Shown: one piece after another, positions 16,414-25,961 of the stretch
How the letters are laid out: each line of letters starts with the position of its first letter
How positions within the stretch are numbered: position 1 is the first letter of the stretch
Origin: a virus
Taxonomy: Duplodnaviria; Heunggongvirae; Uroviricota; Caudoviricetes
Length of the DNA: 64,000 bases
Virus record (IMG/VR): IMGVR_UViG_3300034072_000647
Direction: 5' to 3' (one strand)
Translations under genes and position numbers: made by a program
Notes under the pieces: model-generated
What the model was told of the DNA's origin: nothing
The model's input: only the letters and a program-made list of their open reading frames with translations
Databases searched by the model: none

Positions 16414-16766
16414 ATGTGTGCATTCGCACGAAACTAGCCGGTTTGAAGTACATGCACCGGAAACTTAACCATCCGCGGGCGATAACTCCCGTTCCATATT
16501 TATACAGCCAAGGAGGTACTTTGGCTGTTGAGGCCGTCCGGAGACGGTTCCACCATCTGGGCCGTGTGTCGCTCCCAGAATAGATCAAATATTTTACAAG
16601 CACGATCATCCTATGCTTGGGGCCGGTAGGGTGGAGCGCACCCTGGCTTTTGCTAGACGTATTGCAAAGTACGATCTCTTCACTCATCAGGTAACGACCC
16701 ATGTTAGTTACTTTACCAAGCCCGTACTTGGTGTGTGGGGAAGCTGTTCCCACCTTCTAGCAAAAC

Positions 16767-16843
16767 TGGTACACGACATAGGATTCGAACCTATCATTTC
16801 CCACTTGTAAGGAGGGCGATTTCACCAAGCTATCTCGTCGTGC
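16767..16843 (-). tRNA. tRNA-Val(TAC)
   Basis: Acceptor GCACGAC/GTCGTGT. Anticodon loop CTTACAA. T-arm ATAGGTTCGAATCCTAT. CCA end. Confidence 0.6.
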
Positions 16844-16962
16844 ATGAAACTATGTAATAGCGGCGTTGATTTAACAACCCTTGGGAGGCTAATCCCGTTA
16901 TCGCCGTTTCCGCTCTTGATGACTCATTATATCTAAATTAGCAAGTAAAGTCAAGAACTATT

Positions 16963-17331
16963 TTATAGCATCTCAATGAACTTGCTCTTTCTATCCAGAA
17001 ACTTATAGTCCACGTGTACTGGTTTGAACTCTTCAATTGCTTCGAATACAATACCAGGAACTACATCAGAGCAGCTGTATACGTCGACCTGCAACATATA
17101 AGGGTACTCTTCATCCCAGCTGTGTAATACCACATGGCTAGTTTCTATAATGGCACCAATGGTCAGACCACGATTACCCTCAATAGGAGAATAACCGCCA
17201 AAAGGTCCGGCCATTATCTTCATGCCAAGACGATCAATAAGAGCTGAAAGCCAGCCCTTCATATATTCCATATCAAGCGGAGGCTTTTCTACCTCCGCTC
17301 TGATAATAAGATGCTTATGCTCTAACAACAA
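16963..17331 (-). CDS. S-adenosylmethionine decarboxylase proenzyme (SpeH/class 1a-like)
   Basis: ETSHVVLHSWDEEYPYMLQVDVYSC matches the [24 protein letters not shown] self-cleavage region. Confidence 0.7.
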   Translation of the reverse strand: MLLEHKHLIIRAEVEKPPLDMEYMKGWLSALIDRLGMKIMAGPFGGYSPIEGNRGLTIGAIIETSHVVLHSWDEEYPYMLQVDVYSCSDVVPGIVFEAIEEFKPVHVDYKFLDRKSKFIEML

Positions 17332-18024
17332 CTACCTCCCAGCAAGCCACTTAGGGAAAGTATTCCGGTATGGCTTGTAAATGTCAATACCATACTCCTT
17401 AAGGTGTTCCAGGTTGCCGAGGTCAAAAGCCGCTGTGTTAGCGTGATACCCGCCGTAATCTTGGACCGACCGGAAATAAGGAGATTCTTCTTCAATAACT
17501 TCAAGATTATAGACCTTATAGACCTTATAATCTTGACGGGATGGAGCTTCTCCTAGCACAATAGCCATGCCATTATGACGAGTATTCCAAACGATCTGAC
17601 CCGTTTCGAACGTATCGCTCATACACTTCTCAGGAAGGACAGGCGGCTTGAAGTAGTCATGGCCTACCGTCTTGGACGGAATACCAATATCCTCAATAAT
17701 GCGCTTTACGAAAGCTACCGAGCGATAAAGGTTTTTAGCAATATCGCTGAGAGAGTCACCATCTAGATAACTAGAGATAACGCTCTGAATCTCGTGAGGT
17801 TGTACCGGCTTGCCTCGATTAGCAGCCCGACGCCTCTCGTCACGAAGTTTCTCTTCTTTATATTCCTCGATGATCTTAGTGAGTCGAGTAGTGTTATAAG
17901 AGATATTCAGGATTTCACAAGCCTGCTTCTTAGTGATAGGCTTTTCCTGTTCAAGAAGCCCGATGACCTTCTCGATGTTCGTTTCAGTCAGGTTTTCACC
18001 TTCCTTCTTCTTAATCTTGGCCAC
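17332..18024 (-). CDS. Putative DNA-binding protein with two HTH-like segments
   Basis: 230 aa. Contains the HTH-like segments ITKKQACEILNISYNTTRL and DSLSDIAKNLYRSVAFVKRII. Confidence 0.5.
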   Translation of the reverse strand: MAKIKKKEGENLTETNIEKVIGLLEQEKPITKKQACEILNISYNTTRLTKIIEEYKEEKLRDERRRAANRGKPVQPHEIQSVISSYLDGDSLSDIAKNLYRSVAFVKRIIEDIGIPSKTVGHDYFKPPVLPEKCMSDTFETGQIVWNTRHNGMAIVLGEAPSRQDYKVYKVYNLEVIEEESPYFRSVQDYGGYHANTAAFDLGNLEHLKEYGIDIYKPYRNTFPKWLAGR

Positions 18025-18231
18025 GCATGTCTCCTATCAATCAATGAAGCCTCAATATACACATATTGAGGCTTCAAGTCAAGAACTAAATTTTAAATCC
18101 TTCGCACGACTAGAACATTATCACCGTTGCGAGTGGACTGAACCTCTAGGGTTACTTTATCTCCCTCTTCCCAATATTCTAGTTCTTCTACGATATCATC
18201 TGTCAGGGCAATTACGAAATTGCCACTGATC

Positions 18232-18441
18232 TCATCTATTTCCAAAACCGATTTTTCTTGCATGATCTAATCTAAACTCCAGTAGTCCTGTAATAGCTCC
18301 ACTCATTTTACCTTCACTGACCATTTCAAAGTCGTCAAAGCCTACTAGAGTGAAACCTTCATGTTCTGATTCTTGGGGGATAATCACTGGGTACTCGAAA
18401 TTACCTTCGTGACCTTCAGCTGTTCTGTAATATGCCTTCAT
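18232..18441 (-). CDS. Hypothetical protein (69 aa)
   Basis: ORF. Confidence 0.45.
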   Translation of the reverse strand: MKAYYRTAEGHEGNFEYPVIIPQESEHEGFTLVGFDDFEMVSEGKMSGAITGLLEFRLDHARKIGFGNR

Positions 18442-18576
18442 ATTTAAAGTTCAGTCCCGGAATGTTTAATAAGCTCTTGAATATATCAAGAGCTACCTCG
18501 TTGGAACGCTCGGCTGGGGCGGAGATATACTTCTCTACCTTACGGCCTGGTCTTACTGGATAACTATATTGAATTT

Positions 18577-18798
18577 TCATAGCTCTAAAAGTTCTGTGAG
18601 AAACTTAGTTTTCTCACGCCTTTGTTTGTCGTTAAAGTCCCACACCTTCTCACGCTGTTCTTCGCTGAGTTCGATGCAAAATTCTTTATCTTCAATACAT
18701 CCTGACGCAAAAATTCTGCGCCCGAAATGTACATACTCTAAGTCAATCCACTGACTTTCCATTATATCTTCCATCCGTGGTAATGAGCAAAAGCACAA
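18577..18798 (-). CDS. Hypothetical protein (73 aa)
   Basis: ORF. It overlaps the thyX 3' end slightly. Confidence 0.4.
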   Translation of the reverse strand: MCFCSLPRMEDIMESQWIDLEYVHFGRRIFASGCIEDKEFCIELSEEQREKVWDFNDKQRREKTKFLTELLEL

Positions 18799-19628
18799 TA
18801 AGCCGCAACGTCTAGCGGATCGCCTTTGCTTACATGTTTACGAAGTTCTGTACGAAGTGACTCCTCCCAATGAGGATTCTGAAACCCATCGTTCCATTCG
18901 TATTTATCTTCACTAGCGCGCAGCTTGGCCTCTAGTGCTTCCGAGAACTTTTCAATCAGAAGGTCAATAGGATCCTTCTGGAAAATACCGGAGATAGCTG
19001 GGAAGTGCTCAGAGATAATAGCCCAGCAAAGGTTAGCTATTTCAGCGTGCTCTTTCTGAGTGCCATTAGCCATACGAAGTTGACAATAGTGGATCCAGCT
19101 ACGCAGAGTACCGGCCATGTATAGAGTGGAGTTAGTAAGCCCCTCAGGAAGAACAGCACGAGCCTGCTCCTTAGCAATGCCCTCCGCTAGCGCGGCTTTA
19201 TAAGTTCCTGCAGCTAGGTCCATAGTTACTTGCTGAGAGTTATTCCACCACTCAGTTAGGTCGTCATTGTCATGCTCAATAGAGTTCTGTCTGTTCTTCT
19301 TGTCCTGTAGACGTGCTTCTCGCGGGGACGAGAAGTCTACTACTTCGGCGTAACGCTGACTAAACTCCTGGAAACTAAAGCTACGGTGGCGAAGAATCTG
19401 CCTAGCAATATCTCTAGTTGTATTGATCTCAATGGTCATTGACACCATTTCTAGTGGAGACCAGTGCTCATTTTCAATGAGGTATTTAATCAGCTTAGCA
19501 GCTGTTTTCTTGTTGTTTTGGTTTGCAGGATTGCTGACGCGGGCACAGTAAGCAATAAGCTCCTCTGCTGTGTCCACGTCAACGGTATCATAAGGTTTGC
19601 TTAGTGCAACTAATCGGCAATGTGCCAA
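18762..19628 (-). CDS. thyX: Flavin-dependent thymidylate synthase ThyX
   Basis: Contains the ThyX signature RHRSFSFQEFSQRY (RHRxxSxxExSxRY). Confidence 0.85.
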   Translation of the reverse strand: MAHCRLVALSKPYDTVDVDTAEELIAYCARVSNPANQNNKKTAAKLIKYLIENEHWSPLEMVSMTIEINTTRDIARQILRHRSFSFQEFSQRYAEVVDFSSPREARLQDKKNRQNSIEHDNDDLTEWWNNSQQVTMDLAAGTYKAALAEGIAKEQARAVLPEGLTNSTLYMAGTLRSWIHYCQLRMANGTQKEHAEIANLCWAIISEHFPAISGIFQKDPIDLLIEKFSEALEAKLRASEDKYEWNDGFQNPHWEESLRTELRKHVSKGDPLDVAAYCAFAHYHGWKI

Positions 19629-19732
19629 GAGGTTTCTCTCCGTAAATGGTTGTATCTATATACCAGTCATCATAAAACTCAAACTCTTCGTCCTCGTCTT
19701 CATCGTCATAGACTGGATCATAATCATTGAGT

Positions 19733-20059
19733 TTAACGAATAGGTTTCTTTTCTGAAAAAATGCCATCTAGGGATTCTCCTAGCAGATCAGCGATCTTCT
19801 TGAGGATAATCGTCTTGGAATCCATTTCACAATCTGGATTGCCTTCTTCGATATCCTGCTTTTTAGCGGCTTCCAATTGAGCTTTCATTTCAGCGAAAGC
19901 TTTTTTAAGCTCGGCCAATTCTTTTTCTAGCTGTCCCAACCTGAAACTGGTTCCACTTTCAGGAACAGTAGCCCTATCAGGAAATGGAATGCTATCTGGC
20001 CACTGCGGCCATCTATCTCTACGAGACCAATCGTCTCCAACCATGCTTACTACGCACAT
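19733..20059 (-). CDS. Hypothetical coiled-coil protein
   Basis: ORF. Confidence 0.5.
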   Translation of the reverse strand: MCVVSMVGDDWSRRDRWPQWPDSIPFPDRATVPESGTSFRLGQLEKELAELKKAFAEMKAQLEAAKKQDIEEGNPDCEMDSKTIILKKIADLLGESLDGIFSEKKPIR

Positions 20060-20274
20060 TATGTGCCTCCTAGTTCATAAAGTTCTGATTTAATATTTCG
20101 CTCTAGCTGATTCAACAATCTATCTCCGTCATAGATATGTGACACAGCCCACTGTTTTCCAGCCTTGTGGTATCGAAACTCCCTAAGGTCTGCTAAGGCG
20201 GCTATTAACGCCGCTCTCTTAGCAGTACGACTCTTTTCGTACTCGTACTCTCGCAGATCGTCATAGTGGCCCAT
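20059..20274 (-). CDS. Hypothetical protein (71 aa)
   Basis: ORF. Confidence 0.5.
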   Translation of the reverse strand: MGHYDDLREYEYEKSRTAKRAALIAALADLREFRYHKAGKQWAVSHIYDGDRLLNQLERNIKSELYELGGT

Positions 20275-20430
20275 AAAGATCTTCCTTAGTAAGATCCTTA
20301 GGGTTATTGAGCGAGATCAGGTAAGCTTCTATAGCTATTGCTTCTCGAATTAAATCCTCTGCTTTGTATATATTAGGCAATCCACTAGCATATAGTAGAG
20401 CCCTCGATCTAGTATCTTCTATTGTGCGCA

Positions 20431-21096
20431 TTAATATCCTTTCGACCAGGCTTTGGTCTTATTTACGGCTGCTTTAACTGTTTTAAGGTAGTTCTCGTGC
20501 GGATCGTCTCCCGCACGCATAACAAGATTCTCATCCCACCAGTCGGGCTTACCACGCCTTTTCCATACAGCTATATCTGCCTTCTCGCCCATGTAATAAT
20601 GGCGATAAGCATCTACAGCGTCTCCGAATTTATATTCATCCGGCATTGCTAGAGCAAATGGACTCAAGGGGTCGCACGGCAAACTTTTAGGGTCTGGTAA
20701 GCTAAACGCTTCGGCGCAACTGGCGTGGGGTTTATTTCCACGCCACTGATTTTCACAGTCTAATGCGCCTACATAAGACAGGGTCCACTCGTAATTAGAT
20801 AAATTAGTCCGAACCCAAATAGCACAAGGATGATTAGGGTGGGTAGGCAAATAGCGTGCCGGATAACCCTTTGCCTTTCTTTCATCAATCGGTTCATTTC
20901 TTGCAGGCGCGACTCGTTTCTTAAGCTCATCAAGTTCTTCCTTATGCAAAGCACGAGGTAAATAGCCGAATACACTATCAATCCATACAGTGGTAGAGAG
21001 CAATTGCGCAGCTTCTAACTGCATTTTGCCTACGTGCAAGTCAATGTGTGCTTGCGCACATTTGTCTAGATCAGTATCTAATACGAATAAGTTCAT
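20431..21096 (-). CDS. Hypothetical protein (221 aa)
   Basis: Started at MNLFVLDTD. The upstream part of the listed ORF is leader. No family could be assigned with confidence. Confidence 0.55.
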   Translation of the reverse strand: MNLFVLDTDLDKCAQAHIDLHVGKMQLEAAQLLSTTVWIDSVFGYLPRALHKEELDELKKRVAPARNEPIDERKAKGYPARYLPTHPNHPCAIWVRTNLSNYEWTLSYVGALDCENQWRGNKPHASCAEAFSLPDPKSLPCDPLSPFALAMPDEYKFGDAVDAYRHYYMGEKADIAVWKRRGKPDWWDENLVMRAGDDPHENYLKTVKAAVNKTKAWSKGY

Positions 21097-21098
21097 GG

Positions 21099-21401
21099 TT
21101 AGTCTCGATGGTGTATCGTAGTCTCGCCGAGCAGAACATAAGGAGGAATAGCGAAGTCGCTGTCCACTAAGTCTGCCCACTTATCAGCCCCCAGGTACGC
21201 TCGTACCTGATCCGTATTACCTAGTTTCCTAATGGAGTCGAAGAGTTCTTTGTCCTCCGTAAAGATGTCCCAATGGTCGTACCCATAAGGCTTTACTATA
21301 ATACGATATACTTCTTGCATGGATTTCCTTTCGTAATAGCTCAATATACCAAAACCCGACCTATTTGTCAAGAAATGTTTTTTGCAAAGTAAAAGGGCCA
21401 C
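21099..21401 (-). CDS. Hypothetical protein (100 aa)
   Basis: ORF. Confidence 0.5.
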   Translation of the reverse strand: MALLLCKKHFLTNRSGFGILSYYERKSMQEVYRIIVKPYGYDHWDIFTEDKELFDSIRKLGNTDQVRAYLGADKWADLVDSDFAIPPYVLLGETTIHHRD

Positions 21402-21422
21402 GCTTACGCGCAGCCCTTTATT

Positions 21423-21689
21423 TTATCTAGTAGGTCTAGCTGGTGGCAGAGGCATGTGCTCTTTTTCTGATAGCCAATACTTACCTTCGGGTCCGCATTT
21501 ATCTCTACCGAACCAGCTTTTCATGCGCTCCCAGTGGGCTGATACAGGGTTACTCTGCCAGCCTTGAACATTAGACCATACCTTCTTACGTCTGCATTGC
21601 CCACTCCAATAATGGAAGCAGGTCTTACAGATAGGTGGAAAGCCTTTCTCGGATGGTTCCGAAAGTTTCCATGTTGGAGACCTTGCCAT
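21423..21689 (-). CDS. Small Cys-rich protein
   Basis: ORF whose 5' end would overlap the nadV 3' end by about 65 nt. The true start may be internal. Confidence 0.3.
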   Translation of the reverse strand: MARSPTWKLSEPSEKGFPPICKTCFHYWSGQCRRKKVWSNVQGWQSNPVSAHWERMKSWFGRDKCGPEGKYWLSEKEHMPLPPARPTR

Positions 21690-23004
21690 TTTCGTATACA
21701 GTCCTCAATTGATCATGATACGACATAGCTGCCGTAGCGCTAGTGGTATTGAATTCGCCCCATTCAGTCTTAATGAGCTTCATACGGCCTTTCTTGCTCA
21801 TCTTACCAGGATCGGTGATAGGGTTCTTGGCAATGCCAATATCCTTACCGTCAATCGTGATATTGCTCGCCTTGAAGGCAAACTTGCAGGTATCTCTGTC
21901 AATGTTAGCCTGCATCAGGCCACCACCCGAACCAGTCATAATGCTATCAGCACTGATGCCCAGCTCCTCAGCAATCTGAAACGGAGTAACTACAGTGTCC
22001 TCATTTATACCGTCACCCTGGAGAATTTTGACATTCTTCAGAACCTTGAAGCCTTTACTGTTGATATCGTAGCCGAAACCTTCTGCGAGGATCGGCAGGA
22101 TCTTAGCAAACACTTCGCGCATGTCACCGCTATCCGGACGAACAACGAGAGTACCGTTCTTGGCACGGATCTTGTCCGCCAGCTTAACCCAATATTCGCA
22201 AGCACGATAAACGTTCCAGGTATCACTAACGACACTCAGGATACAGTTTTCAGGCATCATGTTGTCAATCAGATATTCGAACGAAGCGAACTCGTTCTCT
22301 TCACCGAAGCCGGTCATGACACTGTGTTCCGTGGCTGCTACAGAGTAAGCTGCCATCGGCTCATCATAATAGCGACGTGCGGCAAGCACAGCTGGAATAT
22401 TGTCAGAGCCAACAAAGCTAAGAAGGTGAGCCATGCCACCGACCTCGGAAGTTTCACGGCTAGAGACGCCGCGAGCACTGAAATCGAGAAGAGCGAAAGC
22501 CATATCACCTCGATCACTGGTACGGTCATAGTAAGGCTTGATCTTCTTCTTCATTTCGTGGACGCGAGTGGCAACAGTTACCGGATACCACACAGCACGA
22601 AGCAGAGCGGTTTCGATGTAGCTGGTCAGCCACGGCATACGTGGATCAGTGTTCTCAACCGTTACGAGAACATTGCGGGTAGGCACAACCGTACCTTCCG
22701 GTACCGCCTTGATGCGCACGGGGATGCGCCCATTGTGTTCAAAGACGATAATCAGCCAATCTTCCTCGTTGAAAGGTTCGCCATGAGCAGCAGCAAAAGC
22801 AGCCGCTTCAATGACATCCGCACGAGTTACACGAACTTCGGCCAGCTCCTGGACGAACTTCTGAATACCAGTGAAAACAGTTGCGGGGTATTTACCACCA
22901 CGGCTCTCAGCGTAACTGTATACGTGAGTAGCGCCCTGGGGATAGCCCAGAAAGTGGCTCAATTTATATGAATCGGTATTTAGTACGAAATTAAACTTGT
23001 TCAT
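21625..23004 (-). CDS. nadV: Nicotinamide phosphoribosyltransferase
   Basis: 459 aa with NAMPT-like sequence along its full length (NTDSYKLSHF..., GDG...). Confidence 0.85.
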   Translation of the reverse strand: MNKFNFVLNTDSYKLSHFLGYPQGATHVYSYAESRGGKYPATVFTGIQKFVQELAEVRVTRADVIEAAAFAAAHGEPFNEEDWLIIVFEHNGRIPVRIKAVPEGTVVPTRNVLVTVENTDPRMPWLTSYIETALLRAVWYPVTVATRVHEMKKKIKPYYDRTSDRGDMAFALLDFSARGVSSRETSEVGGMAHLLSFVGSDNIPAVLAARRYYDEPMAAYSVAATEHSVMTGFGEENEFASFEYLIDNMMPENCILSVVSDTWNVYRACEYWVKLADKIRAKNGTLVVRPDSGDMREVFAKILPILAEGFGYDINSKGFKVLKNVKILQGDGINEDTVVTPFQIAEELGISADSIMTGSGGGLMQANIDRDTCKFAFKASNITIDGKDIGIAKNPITDPGKMSKKGRMKLIKTEWGEFNTTSATAAMSYHDQLRTVYENGKVSNMETFGTIRERLSTYL

Positions 23005-23053
23005 TAGAGTCTCCCTCTTTGTTGTCTCATTATATGAAACTTTAGCAGCTGTG

Positions 23054-23782
23054 TCAACAACTAAATTCAGGTAACAATTTATTACCTTTTGATTTATTTT
23101 CTGATTCGGTTAGATATTGAAGATTATTCTCTACATGTAATCCACATACACAATCTCCTTGTAGTGGGATTATATGATCCACGTTATAACCTTTAGGTTT
23201 ATTTAAATAAATTTCTTCAATTTTATTTAAATCAGCCCAAAGAGGTATAGCCTGTAGTTGAGCAGCTCTTCTTTTGGCTGAATTAGCAAAGTACTTATCT
23301 TTATTTCTTTGATAATAATCTCTTCGCCATTTTCTATTATATTCTAAGTTTTCTTGATATCTTATTTTATTGTACTCGGACCAGCGCTCTGCATATTCAG
23401 GTTTAAGTGTTGTGTTGTTTCTCACACAATTTTTACACTCATGTTTTAGCCCGTCTGGAGTGTACTTATCTTTAGAGAATAATTCTCTATTTACAAGCTC
23501 TCTACATCTAGAACATCTTTTAACATTTGTAAAGGTTAAAAATAAACTCTCCCAGGATCTATTAGCCATAGACCTTAGATCAATGTCTGGGAATAGTTCC
23601 TTTACATAACGTCTTAAAGTTTGAGACGACATACCTAAAAAATTTGCTGCATCTTTATCAAATAGATATAATGCATCAATTACGTCTTCTTGAGTAGCCT
23701 CTTGTCTGCTACCAAACTTTGTTACAAGTATTTTACTAGGCTGTATGCCGTAAGTTTCATATAATTTATCTTTGTCGAACAT
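23054..23782 (-). CDS. HNH homing endonuclease
   Basis: The gene is AT-rich. The C-terminal HNH motif is YNVDHIIPLQGDCVCGLHVENNLQYLTESENKSKGNK. It is inserted between nadV and the downstream genes. Confidence 0.8.
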   Translation of the reverse strand: MFDKDKLYETYGIQPSKILVTKFGSRQEATQEDVIDALYLFDKDAANFLGMSSQTLRRYVKELFPDIDLRSMANRSWESLFLTFTNVKRCSRCRELVNRELFSKDKYTPDGLKHECKNCVRNNTTLKPEYAERWSEYNKIRYQENLEYNRKWRRDYYQRNKDKYFANSAKRRAAQLQAIPLWADLNKIEEIYLNKPKGYNVDHIIPLQGDCVCGLHVENNLQYLTESENKSKGNKLLPEFSC

Positions 23783-23836
23783 AAATTATAATAACAAATT
23801 TACACCTCATCGTCAAGGTGTAAATTTTATCTGGGT

Positions 23837-24025
23837 CTACGATACTTTTTCAAAGCGTCCGTCGAAGAATTCATCAGCGGGACGAACCCAGATCGTTCCC
23901 AAAATATCCGTGCCCGCGAACTTACGAGCATAGACTACCATAGGACTAACGTCATCAGTATGTTGTGCAATACCAATATATTGGTAAAGCGTTCTTGTTT
24001 TCTTATGTAGAAAAATCCCAGACAT
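23837..24025 (-). CDS. Hypothetical small protein
   Basis: Started at an internal Met (MSGIFLHKK). Confidence 0.35.
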   Translation of the reverse strand: MSGIFLHKKTRTLYQYIGIAQHTDDVSPMVVYARKFAGTDILGTIWVRPADEFFDGRFEKVS

Positions 24026-24155
24026 AAACCCTCTTAAAAGAAATTCTGATAAACAATAACACCTAGGAGAACTAGGATAATTATGGCCATTACAATAGCT
24101 GCATAGAAGAGAAATTCTATAGCTTCTCCTATGCCTCTGAAAGCACTTCCGTCCA

Positions 24156-24656
24156 TTAAAGCCCCCTAATATGAATGATTTCATTCAAGCGTTCCAGAGA
24201 GTCCTTCGCGCTAGTGTGGACGATGAAAGTACCGCCCGCCTCTTCCCACGCAGCCTTATGCTGTGTCCAGTCGTCGATAAGCACATTATGCTTACCCTCG
24301 ATCATATGCAGCAGCTTGTCTTTAGATTTACAGGTGATAACCGGCAAATCCGGATAATGATCCTGATACCAGCGAATTTTCTGGCCAATGGCCCAGTCGC
24401 TCCCATCCTTGCTAGGGATGCCGGTGAGAACAATAGGATCAAAACCTAGCTCTATCACACCGTTGACTAGATCATCTGCGTCGTGCATCTTAGGGATCTT
24501 ATAGAAGAAATCATCGTGAGCATACAGTCGCGCCCACATTTCTCCTGGACCATGATGCTTTACCTTCTCGAACTCACGAGAAGGCATACCGAGGATTTCC
24601 CCAGCTAGTTTGTCAAAATCGGCTAGTACGCCGTCTGAATCTAAAAATATTTGCAT
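24156..24656 (-). CDS. HAD-superfamily 5'(3')-deoxyribonucleotidase-like phosphatase
   Basis: HAD motif I at the N terminus (FLDSDGVLADF). Confidence 0.7.
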   Translation of the reverse strand: MQIFLDSDGVLADFDKLAGEILGMPSREFEKVKHHGPGEMWARLYAHDDFFYKIPKMHDADDLVNGVIELGFDPIVLTGIPSKDGSDWAIGQKIRWYQDHYPDLPVITCKSKDKLLHMIEGKHNVLIDDWTQHKAAWEEAGGTFIVHTSAKDSLERLNEIIHIRGL

Positions 24657-24904
24657 TAGTCAATAGGCCTTGTATGTCGTTTGAGAATTTCTGCACCTTC
24701 TTCCGCTGTTTTACGAGGTTTTAGAACTTCCTCTTCTTCAACATTTTTATCCACTCTGTTAACCTCATTAATTACGTAAAAGCACCAATAGCGCTCATCA
24801 CTGTTCAATATCTTACGGAAGAAATGTCTCAAAGGCGGAGATCCTGCTTCGAGATATTTATCCATATAAATAAGAAAAGCTAGTTTCTCCGCCTTAGTAA
24901 ACAT
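24656..24904 (-). CDS. Hypothetical protein (82 aa)
   Basis: ORF coupled to natV. Confidence 0.5.
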   Translation of the reverse strand: MFTKAEKLAFLIYMDKYLEAGSPPLRHFFRKILNSDERYWCFYVINEVNRVDKNVEEEEVLKPRKTAEEGAEILKRHTRPID

Positions 24905-25920
24905 TACAGTCCCAACATATTCTTAATGATGTGATAGTGGTCCTCGAAGAACAGCTCTTCACGCAGATCAGAGATCGGGTACCAATCAGCATGATCGGCA
25001 TCATCCGAACCTCGAACTTCTGGCAGGCTAGTCTCATTGCGCAGCTTGATATGCTGCACCAGAGACGCGATACGGCCGCGCTCCGAGCGATTAGGATGAT
25101 CCGCGAAGAAGTTACCATGCACGCTGCCCTTAAGTACTGGCAGGGGCACCTTCAGTCGAGTCTCTTCCTTCAGCTCACGGAAAGCAGCATCAAAGCAAGT
25201 CTCGTCAGGGTTTACGAAACCGCCAGGCAGTGCCAGCAAGCCCTGACCATACTCCTTACCACGAGTAATAAGCAGGATGTTACCACCCACCTGGACCAGC
25301 GCATCAGCCGTCAAAAAGACACCATTACCCCACAGTTTCTTGTAGTTCTTGATGTATTCAAACTCGCTACGAAGGCGATCAGCTTCAGGAGTTCCCATGA
25401 ACTCGTTCTTAATCCAACGAACAGTATCACGATGCATAATCGTGGACAGTTCAAAGGCCTGGTGATCTTCCGCGAAGAACATTTCACGGATTGCAGTCGC
25501 ATTAAGCGGACTAGCAACAGGAACGTCCTCGCTGAGGAGCTCGGGGAACAGTTTCAGGTAGTAGCTAGTGTTGTCCTTGGCGTGACCTATCAGACCTACC
25601 TTGAGATCCTTCATCCCAAGACCAGTCCACTTGTCTCCAAGTGCAACTTCCTTGATATTCTTCTGGACTTCCTCAATCCAAGCGGTATCGTTGTAAGTGT
25701 GGTCCTTGACCCCACGAACGATAACATTCGGGTAGATCGTCTTAATCATATTCCGACGTTCGAGATAAGTGAACGGATTGCGCGTGGAACGCGCCTTCCC
25801 CTCTCCGCCTACCAGAACCAGAACTCGTTCGGACAAAGAAAGAGCGCGTTCAATCACTTCCTGGTGGCCCAAGTGAAGTGGCTGAAAGCGCCCGATAAAA
25901 ACTAGCAGATCATATTTCAT
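24904..25920 (-). CDS. natV: Bifunctional NMN adenylyltransferase / Nudix hydrolase
   Basis: N-terminal GRFQPLHLGH (HxGH cytidylyltransferase motif). C-terminal Nudix box GGFVNPDETCFDAAFRELKEETRL. Confidence 0.85.
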   Translation of the reverse strand: MKYDLLVFIGRFQPLHLGHQEVIERALSLSERVLVLVGGEGKARSTRNPFTYLERRNMIKTIYPNVIVRGVKDHTYNDTAWIEEVQKNIKEVALGDKWTGLGMKDLKVGLIGHAKDNTSYYLKLFPELLSEDVPVASPLNATAIREMFFAEDHQAFELSTIMHRDTVRWIKNEFMGTPEADRLRSEFEYIKNYKKLWGNGVFLTADALVQVGGNILLITRGKEYGQGLLALPGGFVNPDETCFDAAFRELKEETRLKVPLPVLKGSVHGNFFADHPNRSERGRIASLVQHIKLRNETSLPEVRGSDDADHADWYPISDLREELFFEDHYHIIKNMLGL

Positions 25921-25961
25921 TAGAAGACTCCCTTCTTGATATGACTCATTGTATGAAATTT

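Noticed and set aside
20431-21096. Pyrimidine-dimer glycosylase (DenV-like) assignment
   Set aside because: Only a loose N-terminal resemblance (NL..LD..L..CAQAH). Not enough to call.
21709-22971. 420 aa plus-strand ORF
   Set aside because: Antisense to nadV, which has clear NAMPT homology.
24931-25905. 324 aa plus-strand ORF
   Set aside because: Antisense to natV (HxGH and Nudix motifs on the other strand).
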